Below, piece after piece: positions 18,055 through 38,559 of a stretch of 64,000 nt of DNA. Made by a program: the position numbers and the translations under genes. The stretch comes from the human T2T-CHM13v2.0 reference genome, Homo sapiens: NCBI RefSeq assembly GCF_009914755.1, contig NC_060927.1. One strand, written 5' to 3'. The notes beneath the pieces are model-generated. The model ran no database searches, had not been told where the DNA came from, and saw only the letters and a list, made by a program, of their open reading frames with translations. The number at the start of each line of letters is the position of its first letter. The stretch's first letter is position 1.

Positions 18055-19099
18055 TTACTTTAGAGCAAAATTTTAAAGGGTAAGACTAGTTTAGACATCA
18101 TCACAAATAGTTCCCTTACTAAAGTAGATGAAAGGACCTCATTAACATGTGGTTGGACCAATCAGGCATGTCCTAGTATAGTATTATAGTGAGGTTCAAA
18201 TGAACTTTTAATATTCTCTAAAGCCAGTACTTAAAACATGAGAAACTGCTATTCTCATTCCCATATTGGAAGTTTGTTTTCCTTGTTTTTTTCTAATAAG
18301 TTCTTTCTTTTTCCAAGCAAGTGGTGATAAATATTTACTGGTAGCTTTAGTTAGTAAAGTTCTTTCAAATAACACCTTGGGTGTTTGAGCATTGGTGATT
18401 TGTTTTCCTTGAAGATGTCTTATGTATCTTTATTACTTGAATAAATATCATCATGTAGTTATTTACCTGAATTGATATGCTGTGCAAAGGAGCTAAAGTA
18501 TCCTCTCTAAAAATATTTTTTTTTCATAATTTTGGCCTTTCATTCCTTTAACCATTTCCTCTCACCAAAAATTAAATCTTAAAATTTATGGACAGTTACT
18601 CTAAACAGATAAATATTCTCCAGGGATGATTAATGTATGATTTTTTTATTTTATTATAGATGCCTATATTGATGGCACAGTTCTCAGGGAACACTCTCCA
18701 CCCACCCCAAAAAAAAAAAATAGCATCTCAAAGCTTTTGAGAGTCAGGGTAGATAGAACAATTTTTAATGATGTATTATATAGTAAAAACTAGTCCATTT
18801 ATAAAAACCTGCCTAGCAAATAATAAAACTGTCTTCTTTCACATCTCAACGTCTCAGTGAGAGTTCAGGCTGTCGAACTATGGAAAGCATCCAGCTTCTT
18901 TGAAGAAATAGAGTGAGGTATTACTCACAGAGAGCCATCTGGTATCTTGGTCATTAACCCACTTTTGCTACCCATGCCCACATGCTTGTCAGGAGATGCT
19001 GGAGAATGAAGGAAGGGAACAGATTGAGGAAGGAAATGGCAGTGATTGCAGAGCCCAGAGGCTCCCATATTGGTAAGAGGTTAGTCAGATTCCTCAGCC

Positions 19100-20435
19100 A
19101 GGGCAGAGACTGGCCCAGGTTTCCTGAGGCCTGAGTTTTACACAATTTAGAGAACCCTCTTTAGGAAAAAAATAAAAAATAGGTACAAAATGATTTCTTT
19201 AGAATGAGAAAAGAAATCACAATAAATTACAAATTGTAAAGAGTTAACCACTACCACTGAACCTAGAAAAATAACATTTGTATTAATTAATTGCCTGATA
19301 TATGCTATAGTCTGACATCTGCTACAGTTTTTCCCACATCTTTGGCAGCATGTTCTTTGGTTACTTCTTCATAGAACAGTGAGTTTGTAACATCATTTCC
19401 TGCAGAGGGGCCTGGGAAGATAATTTAATCTTCCCTTTAGCATGGTTGAGCAAAACTTGGGATTTTTATCTTGCTTTGTTTTTTAATTCATACTTCAGAG
19501 TCTCTTTCAGCTTTTCATTTTGTTATTCGTAATGTCATACAAATTTTTAGAGTTGCTGCCAAATCTTGGAAAATTTATATCAAAGTTTCTTACATATTCT
19601 TTCTTTCTTACAATAAAAGATTTCAGGTCATTTGAAGTTTCCTTATACAGTTACTAATAAATAGTCCTTGAATTTACAACACTCATTAGCTGATTGGTTG
19701 TCATTGTCCTTGTTGTAATGGTGAATAATGAGTTTTATTTGTCTTCACTTAATGTCGCATTATTCATAAGAACCTGAGCTGTAATGGAGTGAGAACATTT
19801 CAGGTCAAGGGAGAACAAAAGGTGTGATCTGGCAAAGGCATGGTGTCCAGTTTGGATGGAATATCATGTACAAGTAGTGTAGCAGTGGGCCACAGGACTA
19901 GAAAGGTATGCTGGAGCCAGACAGGCAAGTGGGAAGGGTTGTCAATACTTGGTAGGTGGCTAAAAATAGACTCTATGTTGTATCATAAAGTTAAGAAGCC
20001 CAAGGCCATTTGTGGACCACTGAGCATATGAAAGGCAGCATGGTGTAATGTTAACATCATTGGCCTTAGAGGCAGCCAGATTCTAGTCTGAATACTAGCT
20101 TTCCCCCCAACAGGCCTGGGAAGCCTTGCTAACAAGAACTATACGTGAAAATAATGTCAAACTACATATATATTTCACTATACCCAAACTTGATGTATCC
20201 TTGACTTAAGTTCCTCTTAGATCCCAGCCAGAGGCCAATTTAGCATCAGTGTATATACAGGGAATATGATCAAAGGGAGGTAGAAGTGAAGAGACAGTGC
20301 TCTTACCTGATTACTTCTTACTTCTCCAAGTATCTTCTTCAAATTTTCGGAAACATGACCCAGGCCTTTGAAAGTGCTTGGGCAAGGGAAGGGCTCTCAA
20401 GTTTGAAGCTTCATTAGCTTCAAGTAAATCTGCAG
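19100..20435. mobile_element. Ancient hAT-Tip100-like DNA transposon fragments (MER45/Zaphod-like), interrupted
   Basis: ggcctgagttttacacaatttagagaaccctcttt and gtttgaagcttcattagcttca resemble this family's ends; highly diverged. Confidence 0.35.
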
Positions 20436-22046
20436 GTGGTCTAGGACTTATTCTTCCTCTCCTATATGACTTCAGAATCAGACAGGTGAGTTTTAGTGCA
20501 ATGATTTAGGCAGTTATTGTCATTTCTGATAGTAATGAAGGATATGCTCTGTGTTTTAAACTAAATAATAAAATGAGTTTTTAAATCGTCACATAGCTTC
20601 ACTTTGTTCCTTGGCTTAAATTCTTGAACTAGGGAAGCACATTGTATGGATTGGTTCTTCTGGTCCTATCGGCTGTGGCAAAGGGGCCAGGCTTATATGG
20701 CGGAATTTTCCTTTCCTGACCCTGGAAGAGGCAGATTCTCTAAGAGTTAACGATTGAGGAGGAAATAATGGGATCTCTAGAGTAGACACTGTCAAGAGTG
20801 GCAGTCACATGACTGCCTTCCACAAGAATAGGGGAACCTGGGCAAGAGAGGAGGAATAGGGCAGACGCCATGAGGTGACTGAAGCTCATGGGAGACACCC
20901 CTTGTCAACTTGTAGAAACACTTGGACAGGTTCTGTCAAGAGCATGACGTTTACGTTATTAATGTTTATATGACATCCATAGGAAGGTGAGGTCTGCAAA
21001 CATTCAGGTTAAGGAGTTAGGAATGATATGAGAAAAGAAAAAAAAATCAACCTTGTTCTTGAAATGAGAACAGACTTGACCTTAAGCAAAATCAAAAAAC
21101 AATAGAGCCACTTCACAGTTGCTATAGATTTCCACCTTTTAGAAGCAGATGCAAAAAATCAGATTTTCTTGGCTTTTGGTCTGTCAGCCCCAGTCAATAA
21201 TTAACAACACTGAGTGAAACATTTTTCCTCTGAGATCCTCAAGCTGCTTAACTGATCAGCTTAGCTTAGCTGAGCATGTTAGGGTAGTAAGAAAAGGGAA
21301 AATATGGTTTCAATTTTGGTGTATGTGCCACTAGAGCAGGCACTAAAAAAGAAATAGAATGTTTTCTAATCTTCCTTTCTGCTTGGGAGATCTAATTCAT
21401 GGAGAAGTTAAGTGATTTTCTCAGGATCTCAGAACAACTTACCAGAATAGAACAGCCAGTCTTTAACTATCAAAGCCTTCCTGGGAGCCACCACTTAAGC
21501 TCTGCTAACCTGCTTCCTCTGTTCAGATATAGTGGTAGTGCAGTTAACAGAAGATGTCTGTACAATTCTTTATGCTTAGGAGGCCAGGGAATGTCTATGA
21601 TTTCATAAACTAGTTCTGTGGTTCTCATGAGCAATAGATTTTAAAGGCTTTAACACCCTAGTAATCAGAAGAGGGGAAGGCATCAATCTTTTCATGCCTT
21701 CAAAGAGATCAAACCATAGCCAGCTGATATAAAACCCAATGTATTGATTAAAGGGAATGTGTTACTCACTTCTGATGTGAAAGGGAAGAAAGGAGGAAAT
21801 AGAAACAAATAAGACAATCCTTTAGAAAAATCTGAAAACTGAAGAATATGAGCACTTCAGTGCTTCATGCTAAAGCCCTGCGTTTCCTATTAATATTTCT
21901 TAATCTGTTTCCTTACTTGCTCATTTCTCCTCTTTTAATTTTTATAGTAACATGTCCTATAAAACCAACATGATAATTGTCCTATAATAAGTTCCTCTGC
22001 AGTGGGAAGTTTAGGGAAAAACAATTTAAGTACCTTTCCTCTCTAA

Positions 22047-23708
<1,662 letters not shown>

Positions 23709-23710
23709 TG

Positions 23711-23936
23711 TAGGGGTGCCAATCTTTTGGCTTCCCTGGGCCACATTGGAGGAAGAAGAATTGTCTTGGGCCACATATAAAATACATTAATACTAATGAT
23801 AGCTGATGAGCTAAAAAAAAAAAAAAAGAAAAAAATCACAAAAAAATCTCACAGTGTTTTAAGAAAATTTACCAATTTGTGTTAGGCTGCATTCAAAGTC
23901 GTCCTGGGCTGGTGGGCCACAGATTGGACAAGTTTG
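23711..23936 (+). mobile_element. MER30 (hAT-Charlie)
   Basis: aggggtgccaatcttttggcttccctgggccacattgg...gatagctgatgagctaaaa...ttggacaagtttg. Confidence 0.85.
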
Positions 23937-24629
23937 GCTGGAACAAAGGTGAAGAAATAAATTCAGGGAAGAGACATTGAGTTCTTTCCCAAACCATTTT
24001 GAATGTTTTTGGTTCCTTTTCTTTGGATTTGAGATGTTGAGAGCCCCTGTTTCATTTTCAGTTACTGAAAACTTAAGACCCCAGGGTATTCTCAGGAAAA
24101 AGAAAGATGGTGATGGTGTAGTTATAGCACATTAAATTTATGGCTTTCATCAAACTACTTGAGTTAAGAATCCCTAAGGAGAGTTTAGTTAGGGAAAGAA
24201 GACTCTCAATTACAGATATTGATTCAAACCTAAATACCATGCTAAGGAACCTAGAAAATAGGAACAGTTATACCTCAGGCAATTATGTAACTACTTGATG
24301 AAATTTTTTTAAATGTTCTTTCTGGGATTAATCTAGAGTTACTATAAGTCTATTACAGTCTCCCATAAGTCATACTTATTTTCTGTGAAGTCCTTGAACC
24401 CTGGGCCTTAACTGTATTCCTAACGACTGTGGCCTAAGAAAAAGACCCACTGGAGGAGCTACCCATGTGCCAATGAGAACCCAATCTTCAACTGGAAATT
24501 GACCAGCCTACTGTCTACAAGTGTATGCCATTCATCTCATTATACTGCATTCTGTATACATATGATACATCTATAGTAAATTCATGAAGACAGCTCAATC
24601 TCTTGGTTTCCCTAGGTAACATAATAATA

Positions 24630-24885
24630 ACTAATAATGATAACTAATAATTATTGAGCACTTCTATGTGCTAGATGCTGTTCCAAGCTCTTGATGTGTA
24701 TTAACTTTTTGAATTCTCTCAACAACCCTAAGATGTAAGTATTATTATTATCCTCATTTTACATAGGGAAACTGAAGCACAGGGAGGTTAAGTAGCTTGC
24801 CTAAGGTTGTATAACTAGCAAAGCCAGAATTCGAACCCAGGAAATCTATATCTCCAGAACCCAAATTCCCAACCATTATACTATG
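24630..24885 (-). mobile_element. MIR SINE
   Basis: cctcattttacatagggaaactgaagcacagggaggttaagtagcttgcctaagg. Confidence 0.8.
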
Positions 24886-25139
24886 CATATTTAAGAAATA
24901 ACAAGGCTTAGTAAAGGATATGGGTGGGTAACTAATAATCCATGAAGAGGATTAAATACCATACTGCTTCCAGTTCTGATCAAGCTAAATATTTGTGGGT
25001 GATAATAGTTGAGAAAATTGGTAGTGCTGTTACAGCTTTATTCTTTTAAGTATCTGCAGTGTTAGATGTGGTAAAACAGAGGACACGAACACCATTATCT
25101 CTAAAACGGAGATAATGACAAGTGTAGCTTCCACTCATA

Positions 25140-25670
25140 TCATCAAAATTAGGGCCCAAGACACTCTATCCAACTAACAGAAATTCAATTCAAACTAGCT
25201 TATGCAAAATGAAAACAACAACAGCAAAAAAGAATGTGAAGTTTAGTAGTTCTGTAAGTGAAGAATTCGAGGGATATACCTGATTAGGAATGGTTTGACC
25301 CAGGTCTCAAATGATGTCAAAAGCCTTTCTCTTCCTTACTCAGCTCTTTCTCTCTTTGCATGTTAACCATATTCTTGTCCATTGCAAACAACTTTATCCT
25401 TGGAGCCATAGAAGATGTTCACAGTTTACCAATACAGGGAAAGAAAGGAAGAGACCCTCTCTTTCCTGGTATCTGCTGGACAGATTTTGATCCAGTTTGG
25501 ATCACATGTTCTTCTACAAACCAAGAACTGTGGCCAAGGAGAAAGAACTCTGATTGGCTAGCCTGAGCTATGTGCTCATCTGACTCATCTCTCTGAAGGA
25601 AGGTGGGCATGCACCATGGACCTCATGGCTTGGAAGACAGATCGTTCTCAAGGGGAAAGGGATGATGGGC
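25140..25670. mobile_element. Old MaLR LTR (MLT1K/L-like)
   Basis: aactaacagaaattcaattcaaactagcttatgcaaaa; ggatcacatg...gaactctgattggctagcctgag; diverged. Confidence 0.45.
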
Positions 25671-26902
25671 AGTTAAAAATAACTGCTTTAAGGAGCCAAA
25701 CTGAGCCATAACCTGACTACTACTATTTTTATAACACTAGGCCATTGAATCCCTAACTCATAACTGAATTGTTGATCCAGGTACGGTGTACACTGGTGTT
25801 ACAACAAGGTTTTTTTTTTTTTCTTGGTTTTGTTTTATACATGAGGATATAGAATTATACACAGTGCCTGATATAGGTTAATCATTCAGTAATTGTTAGC
25901 TGATATTATATGCTAATAAGTAAAAATGATATTCCTGCTATTGCCTTTATAATGAATATCTAACAAAAAACTTTCTGCAGGGTATGGCAGTCTGAGGTGA
26001 TGGCCAGCATCAATATTCCAAGGCATGTCAACAACTATATGAATTAGGGAGCATCACTTTCTAATCTAGATTAGTCTCGAGTTTGATAAATTATCCTGAT
26101 TCTCTACAGGAGATTTGGGAGGGTTGGGGGAAGGAAGTCAGGTAAGAAAACATGGGAGCTGAACTACAATCTTTCATACTAAAGAGTGTCCGAACAGAAG
26201 TGGTCACAAGGTGGTAAAAAATAGCTTCTTGCCTGCTCAGGTCTGGCAGTTGGAAAACATTGTTCTGGTGATGCTTCTAAACCATCAGTAGCCCTCTGCT
26301 TGCATTGGGTGAATTGGGGAGCTTTATAGAACTAGTTCATGGGCCTCAGCCCTTAAGAATGTTTTGGTAAATGTGGAGGGACCGAGATTCCCATTTTCAG
26401 ACCCAAGGTAAGCCTGACATGCCGCTAGACATGAGAACTGCAATAAGCAATCTCTATAATTCAAAAAGAGAAAACAGTTGTCATAGTAAGAACACAGAGT
26501 AGCAGTTCAGGCACAGCCAAGTTACAAAACTTGAACCGACAAATGGTATATACAGACAGACAGTGTTTATACCCTGTCCCCTCTTTTGATGACAAAGCCA
26601 TTAGTTCCTTTTTGTTTTTCTCTCCTCAGGGACTGATAACACAAAGCCTGCTCTCTCCCCAACTCCCATTTTTCCTCTTTTTTTTTCATTGCTCAGTTAA
26701 TTTCACTTTGTTCCATTTCTTTCTCATGTATGTAAGTAAATTTATCCTGATGCCTTTTCTGGTCTTTTTGCAGATTTTACTCAGGATTTATAGGGGGGTG
26801 GGGGCGGATATTACTTCTCTCTATTAATTCATGAATAAAAATTACCTTAAATATACTTGATGAATTATTAATTCATCCAGAAAATAGTAATTGGGCACCT
26901 AT

Positions 26903-27380
26903 TTGTTATGCTGACCCTTATCAACTCCAGTGGGGAAGGCACCAAGTTGAAGAGGCTGAAGAAGAAACCTAGAGCCAGCAAACAAGATATGGCTTTTCCC
27001 AGGGGCTTACATGCAGAGGAGGGAGTTCAGTGGCAGCAGCCTTGGCAGGATATCTGCATGGCCCAGTGGCAGCAGGCTGGGCAGAAGAACCACAGCTGCT
27101 TGCAAAAGGCATGCAGTTTAATATGGCATTTTCATTTAGCACCATTTCCCCAGTGATCTTCACCTGGCAATCTACATTCAACCCAAAACCTGGGGCCTCG
27201 ATCCCCTGTACAGCCTGTGTTCCATGGGACAGCCTGGGGGCTCAACTGTTCCTCATAGAAATCTCCAGGTTGGCCACTCCCAAGTTCCCTAGCTCAGAAC
27301 ATACATTCAGGTGCATCTGCCCTACAGGGTTATTCTCATGGTATGCTTAAGTTATTGCTATCAGGTATGTTTACCACACA
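26903..27380 (-). mobile_element. ERVL-type solo LTR (LTR47-like)
   Basis: tgttatgctgacccttatcaactccagtggggaaggcaccaag...agagccagcaaacaagatatgg resembles recalled LTR47. Confidence 0.5.
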
Positions 27381-28690
<1,310 letters not shown>

Positions 28691-28699
28691 ATTAACCAA

Positions 28700-29535
28700 G
28701 AAGTGGGCTAAGGACATGAATAGACAATTCTCAAAAGAAGATATACAAATAGCCAACAAGCATGTGAAAAAATGCTCAACATCAGTAGTGATCAGGGAAA
28801 TGCAAATCGAAACCACAGTGTAATACCACCTTACTCCTGCAAGAATGGCCATAATCAAAAACTCAAAAAATAATAGATGTTGGCATGGATGTGGTGAAAA
28901 GGGAACACTTCTACACTGCTGGTGGGAATGTAAACTAGTACAACCACTATGGAAAACAGTGTGGATATTCCTTAAAGAACTAAAAGTAGAGCTACCATTC
29001 GATCCAGCAATCCCACTACTGGGTATCTACCCAGAGGAAAAGAAGTCATTATACGAAAAAGATACTTGCACACACATTTTAATAGCAGCACAATTCACAA
29101 TTGCAAAAATACGGAACCCACCCAAATGTCCATCATTCAACAAGTGGATAAAAAAAATTGTGGTATATATATCATGCAATACTACTCGGCCATATAAAAT
29201 AATTTAATAATGGCATTCACAGCAACCTGGATGGAATTGGAGACCATTATTCTAAGTGAAGTAACTCAGAAATGGAAAAGCAAACATCATATGTTGTCAC
29301 TCATAAGTGGGAGCTAAGCTATGTGGATGCAAAGACATAAGAATGATACAGAGGGCTTTGGGGACCTGGGGGAGAGGGTGAGAGGGGAGCAAAGGATAAA
29401 AGACTACACATTGGGTACAGTGTACACTGCTCTGGTGATGGGTACACTAAAATCTCAGAAATCACCACTAAAGAACTTAACACCAAACACCACCTGTTCC
29501 CCAAAAACCTATTGAAATCATAAAAAATATTTTAA
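28700..29535 (+). mobile_element. LINE-1 3' fragment (L1PB-like)
   Basis: ORF2 C-terminus (ORF 28845-29207, [18 protein letters not shown]) and 3'UTR gactacacattgggtacagtgtacactgc...cacctgttccccaaaaacctattgaaat. Confidence 0.9.
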
Positions 29536-30654
29536 AAATTAACTAGAAAAATACAGTAAAAATGCAGTGATGAGTGAACACATCATGAAGATTGTGTTCA
29601 CAGAGCACAGATACAAAGCCAAAAGATGGTTGGATTTAACCAGAGTTGTGGTTGTTCTAGGCAAGGCAATAGCAGGAAGAGCAAAGGAGGATTTCAGTGG
29701 TGGGCAGGCTAGGAGGGATAGGAGGACTTAAGGTGAGTGAGGAACAGTGAAACAGTGGTGGGGCTAATGGATCAGATATCCTGTTGGGCTGAAGAATTAT
29801 TGGAGTCCAAATACCAGTGTGAATGATCTGGAAAGTTAAAAGGTAGTGGTTGGAGAGAGAGATTTTTCAAACAAAGATTTCTGAGGTGGTTCAAGGAGTA
29901 GATGGTCTATGTGGACTGTGACAATGTCAGTGGTATAGAAGGTGACAGAGGGAATTCCTAGTCATTAAATGAATGAGGAGGTGAAACCAAGGGGACAGTA
30001 AATGCTTGCAACAAGGAGCAGGAGTTGGATAAACTGATTGCACATGTTTGAAAGGAGCTGGATATGTGCGGGAGGTGGACTCTGTTCCTCACCAGTTATC
30101 AAATGATGAAGATATCCCCAAATATGATATCTATCCACTGGAAATAACCTTTGAGTTTTTGACCTTTAGTAAAAGGGAGAAGGATAACATTGTTGGCAGA
30201 AATGTGGATGGTGATAGGGGAAACCAGAATGGGAAACCATTTGTTGAATTTTTTTACGAGACTCAGGTATAGTTATTTAAGTATGTCATAAGAAATTTTG
30301 GCAGTTCCAAGAAGTCACATTGTCAGATGTCAAATGGTCTGGTTTAATGACTAGCTTGTTGTCCTCTTAAAGATAACCTTAGGTAGGATAGGCCTAAATA
30401 AGACTAAGAAAATTCCAGGTCTTGGTAGCTGGCCTCATTCTGGCTCTAAAATTCTTTTGAAGAGTGGGTGTGGTGGGGAAGGGTCAGTTGGACAAGCAGG
30501 AAGCAAAGAAGCACATATAGTCTGCAGTTTTGTTTTTCGCATTTTATAAATTTCCTCCTTTCTTCTAGATTAAATAAGGACAGCCTATCACTAACAATCT
30601 CAAAATAAAATTGTATATGTCCTGAAGAACCTCCAAAACTTTCAATAGCCAAGA

Positions 30655-30700
30655 ACCATATGAAGCAGGATCCAAGTACCACATGAAGCAGGATCCAAGT
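30655..30700. repeat. 23-bp tandem duplication
   Basis: acca(t/c)atgaagcaggatccaagt x2. Confidence 0.9.
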
Positions 30701-31829
30701 CTTATACACAAGTAAATAGGTTTGAGGAAAATTTTCAGAAGAGCATATCACAGAACATATTTGGAAAATATAATAGAAGGAAAATAATATAGAACTAAAA
30801 GTTCCTATTATGTAATTACTTTATATATATAAGTAGCTTTTGCATTCAAGACAAATAACATTACTGGAAAAATTTCTCTCTTGGAAGACATTTCCACATT
30901 CCAATTTTCACATTAAAAATGACATAATGAAAGTGCCCCAAGTTGTATTGAAATGACCACAAGCACCATACTTAGGTATAACAGGATTTCACCTGGGACT
31001 CACTAATCCAGTTGTTTACAGCCAGACTCTGTTCTAATTGATTAGCACCTGTGTCTCACTAGTTGTTAATGTTTTTATTAACACTCTTGCTAGAATATGT
31101 ATTTACTTGTCAAGTAGCAAAAATTATGTACAGAACCAGAACAAAACACATAAAAATTAGTTTATCTGGTGTGGTTCTTATCCATGTCATTCTTGTCCCT
31201 CTCTCTTCCCTCCCTTTTTTTTCCCTTTGCAGCAAATTGTAAAGGTGACTTTATCATTACCTTCTTCAGGGTCACAGAGTTCAAAATGACTTTCCTGAGG
31301 GAGATTTTTGACAGGCATCTTTGAAAAGATGTCTAGGGAGACTTGGAACTACTGGATGACATTTTGATGTCATGGAAATTGAACAAGAGTAAATAAATGT
31401 ATTGGCAATATTAGAAAGACTGTTAAAAGTCATTTCTTCAGTGTAAATTTTTGTGAAGGAAGAATAAATATTGACCATTAAGTTATATCACTGTAATACA
31501 AGGTCTGTTTGTTAAGCACTGTGTGTGGAAAATGATATGATCCTGGTAAACCCAGAACTGAGGGGGTTGACCTGAAAGTTATTTCATAATTGTATTTATT
31601 AGTAATGAGTTACAAAGGTACATGACTTTTTAATAAAGAACTTGACCTGGTAAAGAGAATGGGTTTCAGTTTTTATGAATCTTAAACAAAAAAAGAAAAG
31701 AAAAGAAAGCCGGTGGTGAAAAGAACCATGTTTTCTCAGTTAAGGCTACTCAGAGGATAACATGGTTGCTACCGCCTGGCACAATAAATGCAATTTTGGT
31801 GCAATGTTGGGGAAAGTGTAAAAATACTA

Positions 31830-32060
31830 ATAATAGCCTACATTCTTCAGCACATTCTATGTGCCTGTACTCTTTTATTCATTCTACATGTAGGAACTCA
31901 TTTAATCCTCACAACCACCCTATAAAGAAGGAACCATTAATATGTCCATTTTTATAGATGAAGAGACTGAGGTTAAGTAACTTGCTCAAGGACACAGTAC
32001 TTGAAAACGGCCGCGTGTGGTTTCTACTGCAGACAGTCTGATCCCAGACCCTATACTCTA
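31830..32060 (-). mobile_element. MIR SINE
   Basis: tcatttaatcctcacaaccaccctat...ttttatagatgaagagactgaggttaagtaacttgctcaagg. Confidence 0.75.
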
Positions 32061-34014
32061 ATAAAGCTTAAGATCATACTGTGGTTGCACTTAGTAAGCC
32101 ATATTTCACTGCCCTAATCTACCTATGACTCATAACATATATTTGTGAATTCAGATGATTGTACCATAGATCCCCACCTGGCCGCCAGAGGGAAATAAGA
32201 ATCTCTTACACCCCAGTTATTTCTTCTCAGGGTAAGCCTTCACTTGTGCTCAGTGTTTTCTTTCCAGCATTCTTACCTTGTTGCTGTGGTTTCTGCTGCC
32301 ACACTCTTAGGAAGTTACTGCTGTCAGGCGTAAACATGTTTTCAATGCAACCACTTTAATGCTCCTACTCTGCCTTCAGTAAAGACATAGCTTCCTGTAA
32401 TTCCCCAGAGTTCAACTAGATCAACCAGTGACTTTCAGGAGTCCTGGCACATGCCAAGTTTACAATGCCAGTATCTCAGTCTGAAGCATCTATAATTTGG
32501 GTCATTTTACTGTATTCAGAACTTCACTAGGAACAAAGCAAAAGTACTTACCTTTGACTCACCAGAAGTGTCCTCAGAATCAAGACAGGACCTACAGCTT
32601 AATTCTAATTACTACCCTAAAAGAGACAGTATGCATACAACGCTTAATGTGGCGGTTATTACGGCTGAAAATCTTGGATATTTTTATTGTAAGTACTGAT
32701 TTACAGGTATTTCTCCCTCCCAAGACTCTGAGATACTGCAGAGCTGGAATTGTCATGTTCACCTTTGTATCCGCAGAATCCAGCACATAATAGATGTTCG
32801 GTAAATGTTTGCTTTGTGAACAGGTGATGGCATAAAGGCCACGGAAAGGAACAGCTCTTTGCCATCACAAGTTCCATTTTGGACTTGTCCAGTTTAAGAT
32901 GGTACAACATTCAAATACACATGTGCTTTAAGTAATTAGAGGTTAGGTGATATAAATTTGATAAGAGCTTAGAACTGCAGATACAGACACTCATATTGTC
33001 TATAAAGAATTCGAAGTGGAAGCTGTAATTCAAAGTAGATCTTAAAGAAAAAAGCAGTGAAGGATGAGGAAACAAAGAATGACCTTTCAGGAGCACACAC
33101 AAAGTTTGGAAGAGGAATGTGATCCAGCAGAGAAGCATTCAGTGAGGAAGAAGCAATTCAAGAGCATGCATATATAAGAAGCTAAGAAAAAGTAAGTTTC
33201 AAAAAGTGACCAGTAAAAATACAAACAAAACACATAACCAGTAAGCAAGGTCAGATATATAAGAGAGGCCAAGAAAAAAACAGGGAGAGAAGGCTGATGA
33301 ATCTGGAAAAAAAGTTATTAGAGACCTTTAGAAGTACATTTTCAATGGAGTAGTTTATGTTTTTCACATTTGTGACTTATTTATATTGATTGCAATGACT
33401 TTTATAACAAAAAATATTGCCCAATACCTAGCCTTTTATTTTGTAAGATATACTCGAGAAATTTACCAATTAGAAATTATCATTTGATCCTGAGTTCACT
33501 GGAATCATTTTAGAAATTTCTCCTGACTAGTACTGTGTAGAGAAGACATTCCTTAGTTGGTTGTTGGATTTTCTATAAATACTTTACACAGCTCAAAGAT
33601 ATATCTGATTAAAACCTCTTTAATCCTTCAGTGACCACATTAAAAGCTATACTGAGTGCTTTCTTTCAGGAAACAGAACACCAGATCATTGAAGATTTAA
33701 TTTTAATTCCTAAGATTCAGTTTACTTCCTAAGATTTTAAACTCTTCCTAGGCATTTAATTTCAAGAATATAACTTGAGTCTACTTCAAATTATTGAGAT
33801 TTAAGATCTGTAAATAACTAATATTTCTGATTGAGTCTAGTAACAATAATCATTTGTTTCTGTCAGTTATTCTGTTCTTCTAGAAATCACAAACTATTTA
33901 AATTTAGCTAACTCTCAGAGGATCTATGGGCTAGATTGCAAAACAAAACAAAAAACAAAAACAACAACAACAAAACAAACAACAAGAAAATACCCAAGGA
34001 ACTAAAAGTCTATA

Positions 34015-34281
34015 GTTTTTTGTTTTTTGTTCTTTTGGGAGAGTCTCACTCTGTCGCCAGGCTGGAGTACAGTGGTGCAATCTCTACTTACTGCAACCTC
34101 CACCTTCCCGGGTTCACGTGATTCTTGTGCCTCAGCCTCCCGAGTAGTTGGGACTACAGGTGTGCGCCACCATGCCCAGCTAATTTTTGTATTTTTAGTA
34201 GAGACTGGGTTTTTCCATTGGCCAGGCTGGTCTTGGACTTCTGGCCTCAAGTAATTCGCCCCCCAAAGTGCTGGAATTACA
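34015..34281 (-). mobile_element. Alu (AluS), 5'-truncated, with small deletions
   Basis: gagtctcactctgtcgccaggctgg...aaagtgctggaattaca. Confidence 0.88.
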
Positions 34282-34565
34282 CAGTTTTAAAGCAAACAAA
34301 ACTACCTTTTCTCAATGATAGGAAAATATATGAAACTCAATACTATATGTTTATCAGGCCCAACCATTAAAAAATTATTTCATAAATAACACCCCCAGCT
34401 CTTTTTTTCTTCTATCAAAGCTTCACTAGCTACCAGTGCCCTCACATTCTCTTTCTTCTCCATCCTATTAGGATTAGGATTGGAAAAGATCTGTGATCCA
34501 CTCATAACTAAGTATGAATTTAATACAAACCCTCCCTAAAGTGTTTACATTTTAAGGATCTTTCT

Positions 34566-38008
<3,443 letters not shown>

Positions 38009-38239
38009 TTATTTATTCACCCAGGAAATATTTCTTGAGTTTTCAGCACAGTACTAGTTTCTATGAAAAAACAAAGTGAGTTATGTATGAAGCCTACCTT
38101 TTAAAGTGGCATGAAATGATGCAATTAACTATGATCTCATAAAAAAGTGATATGTATTATGAGAGGTACAGGTTTTCTGGAGTTTAGGAAAAAGAGATGG
38201 CCATCTCAAGGTCAGAGTGGGAAGGTGTTCAAGAAGTGG

Positions 38240-38487
38240 TATTTGATAAGGTACCACAGCATAATGATTAAATACAGAAGCTCTGGAACCAGCCTTGCCT
38301 GCGTTTAAACTCTGGCTATCACTTACCACATGATCTCGAGCATGTTATTCAGTAAGCTGCCACTCAGTTACCTCTATGAAATCAAACAGTGGTATATACT
38401 TTATGGATCTCTTGTGAGTATTAAATGTGTTATGACATGTAAAGCACTTGAAACACAATATAAGTTTTCCACAAAGGTTAGCTATTA
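38240..38487 (+). mobile_element. MIR SINE
   Basis: ctctggaaccagccttgcctgcgtttaaactctggct...aaagcacttgaaaca...gttagctattatt. Confidence 0.6.
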
Positions 38488-38559
38488 TTCTTTAGACTGG
38501 GCTTTGAAAAACAGGATAAATAGGATTTAGACATGCAAAAATGAGTCAGAAATTAAATT

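Noticed and set aside
30655-30700. Short direct repeats as CRISPR-like array
   Set aside because: Only two adjacent copies with no spacers, in primate DNA.
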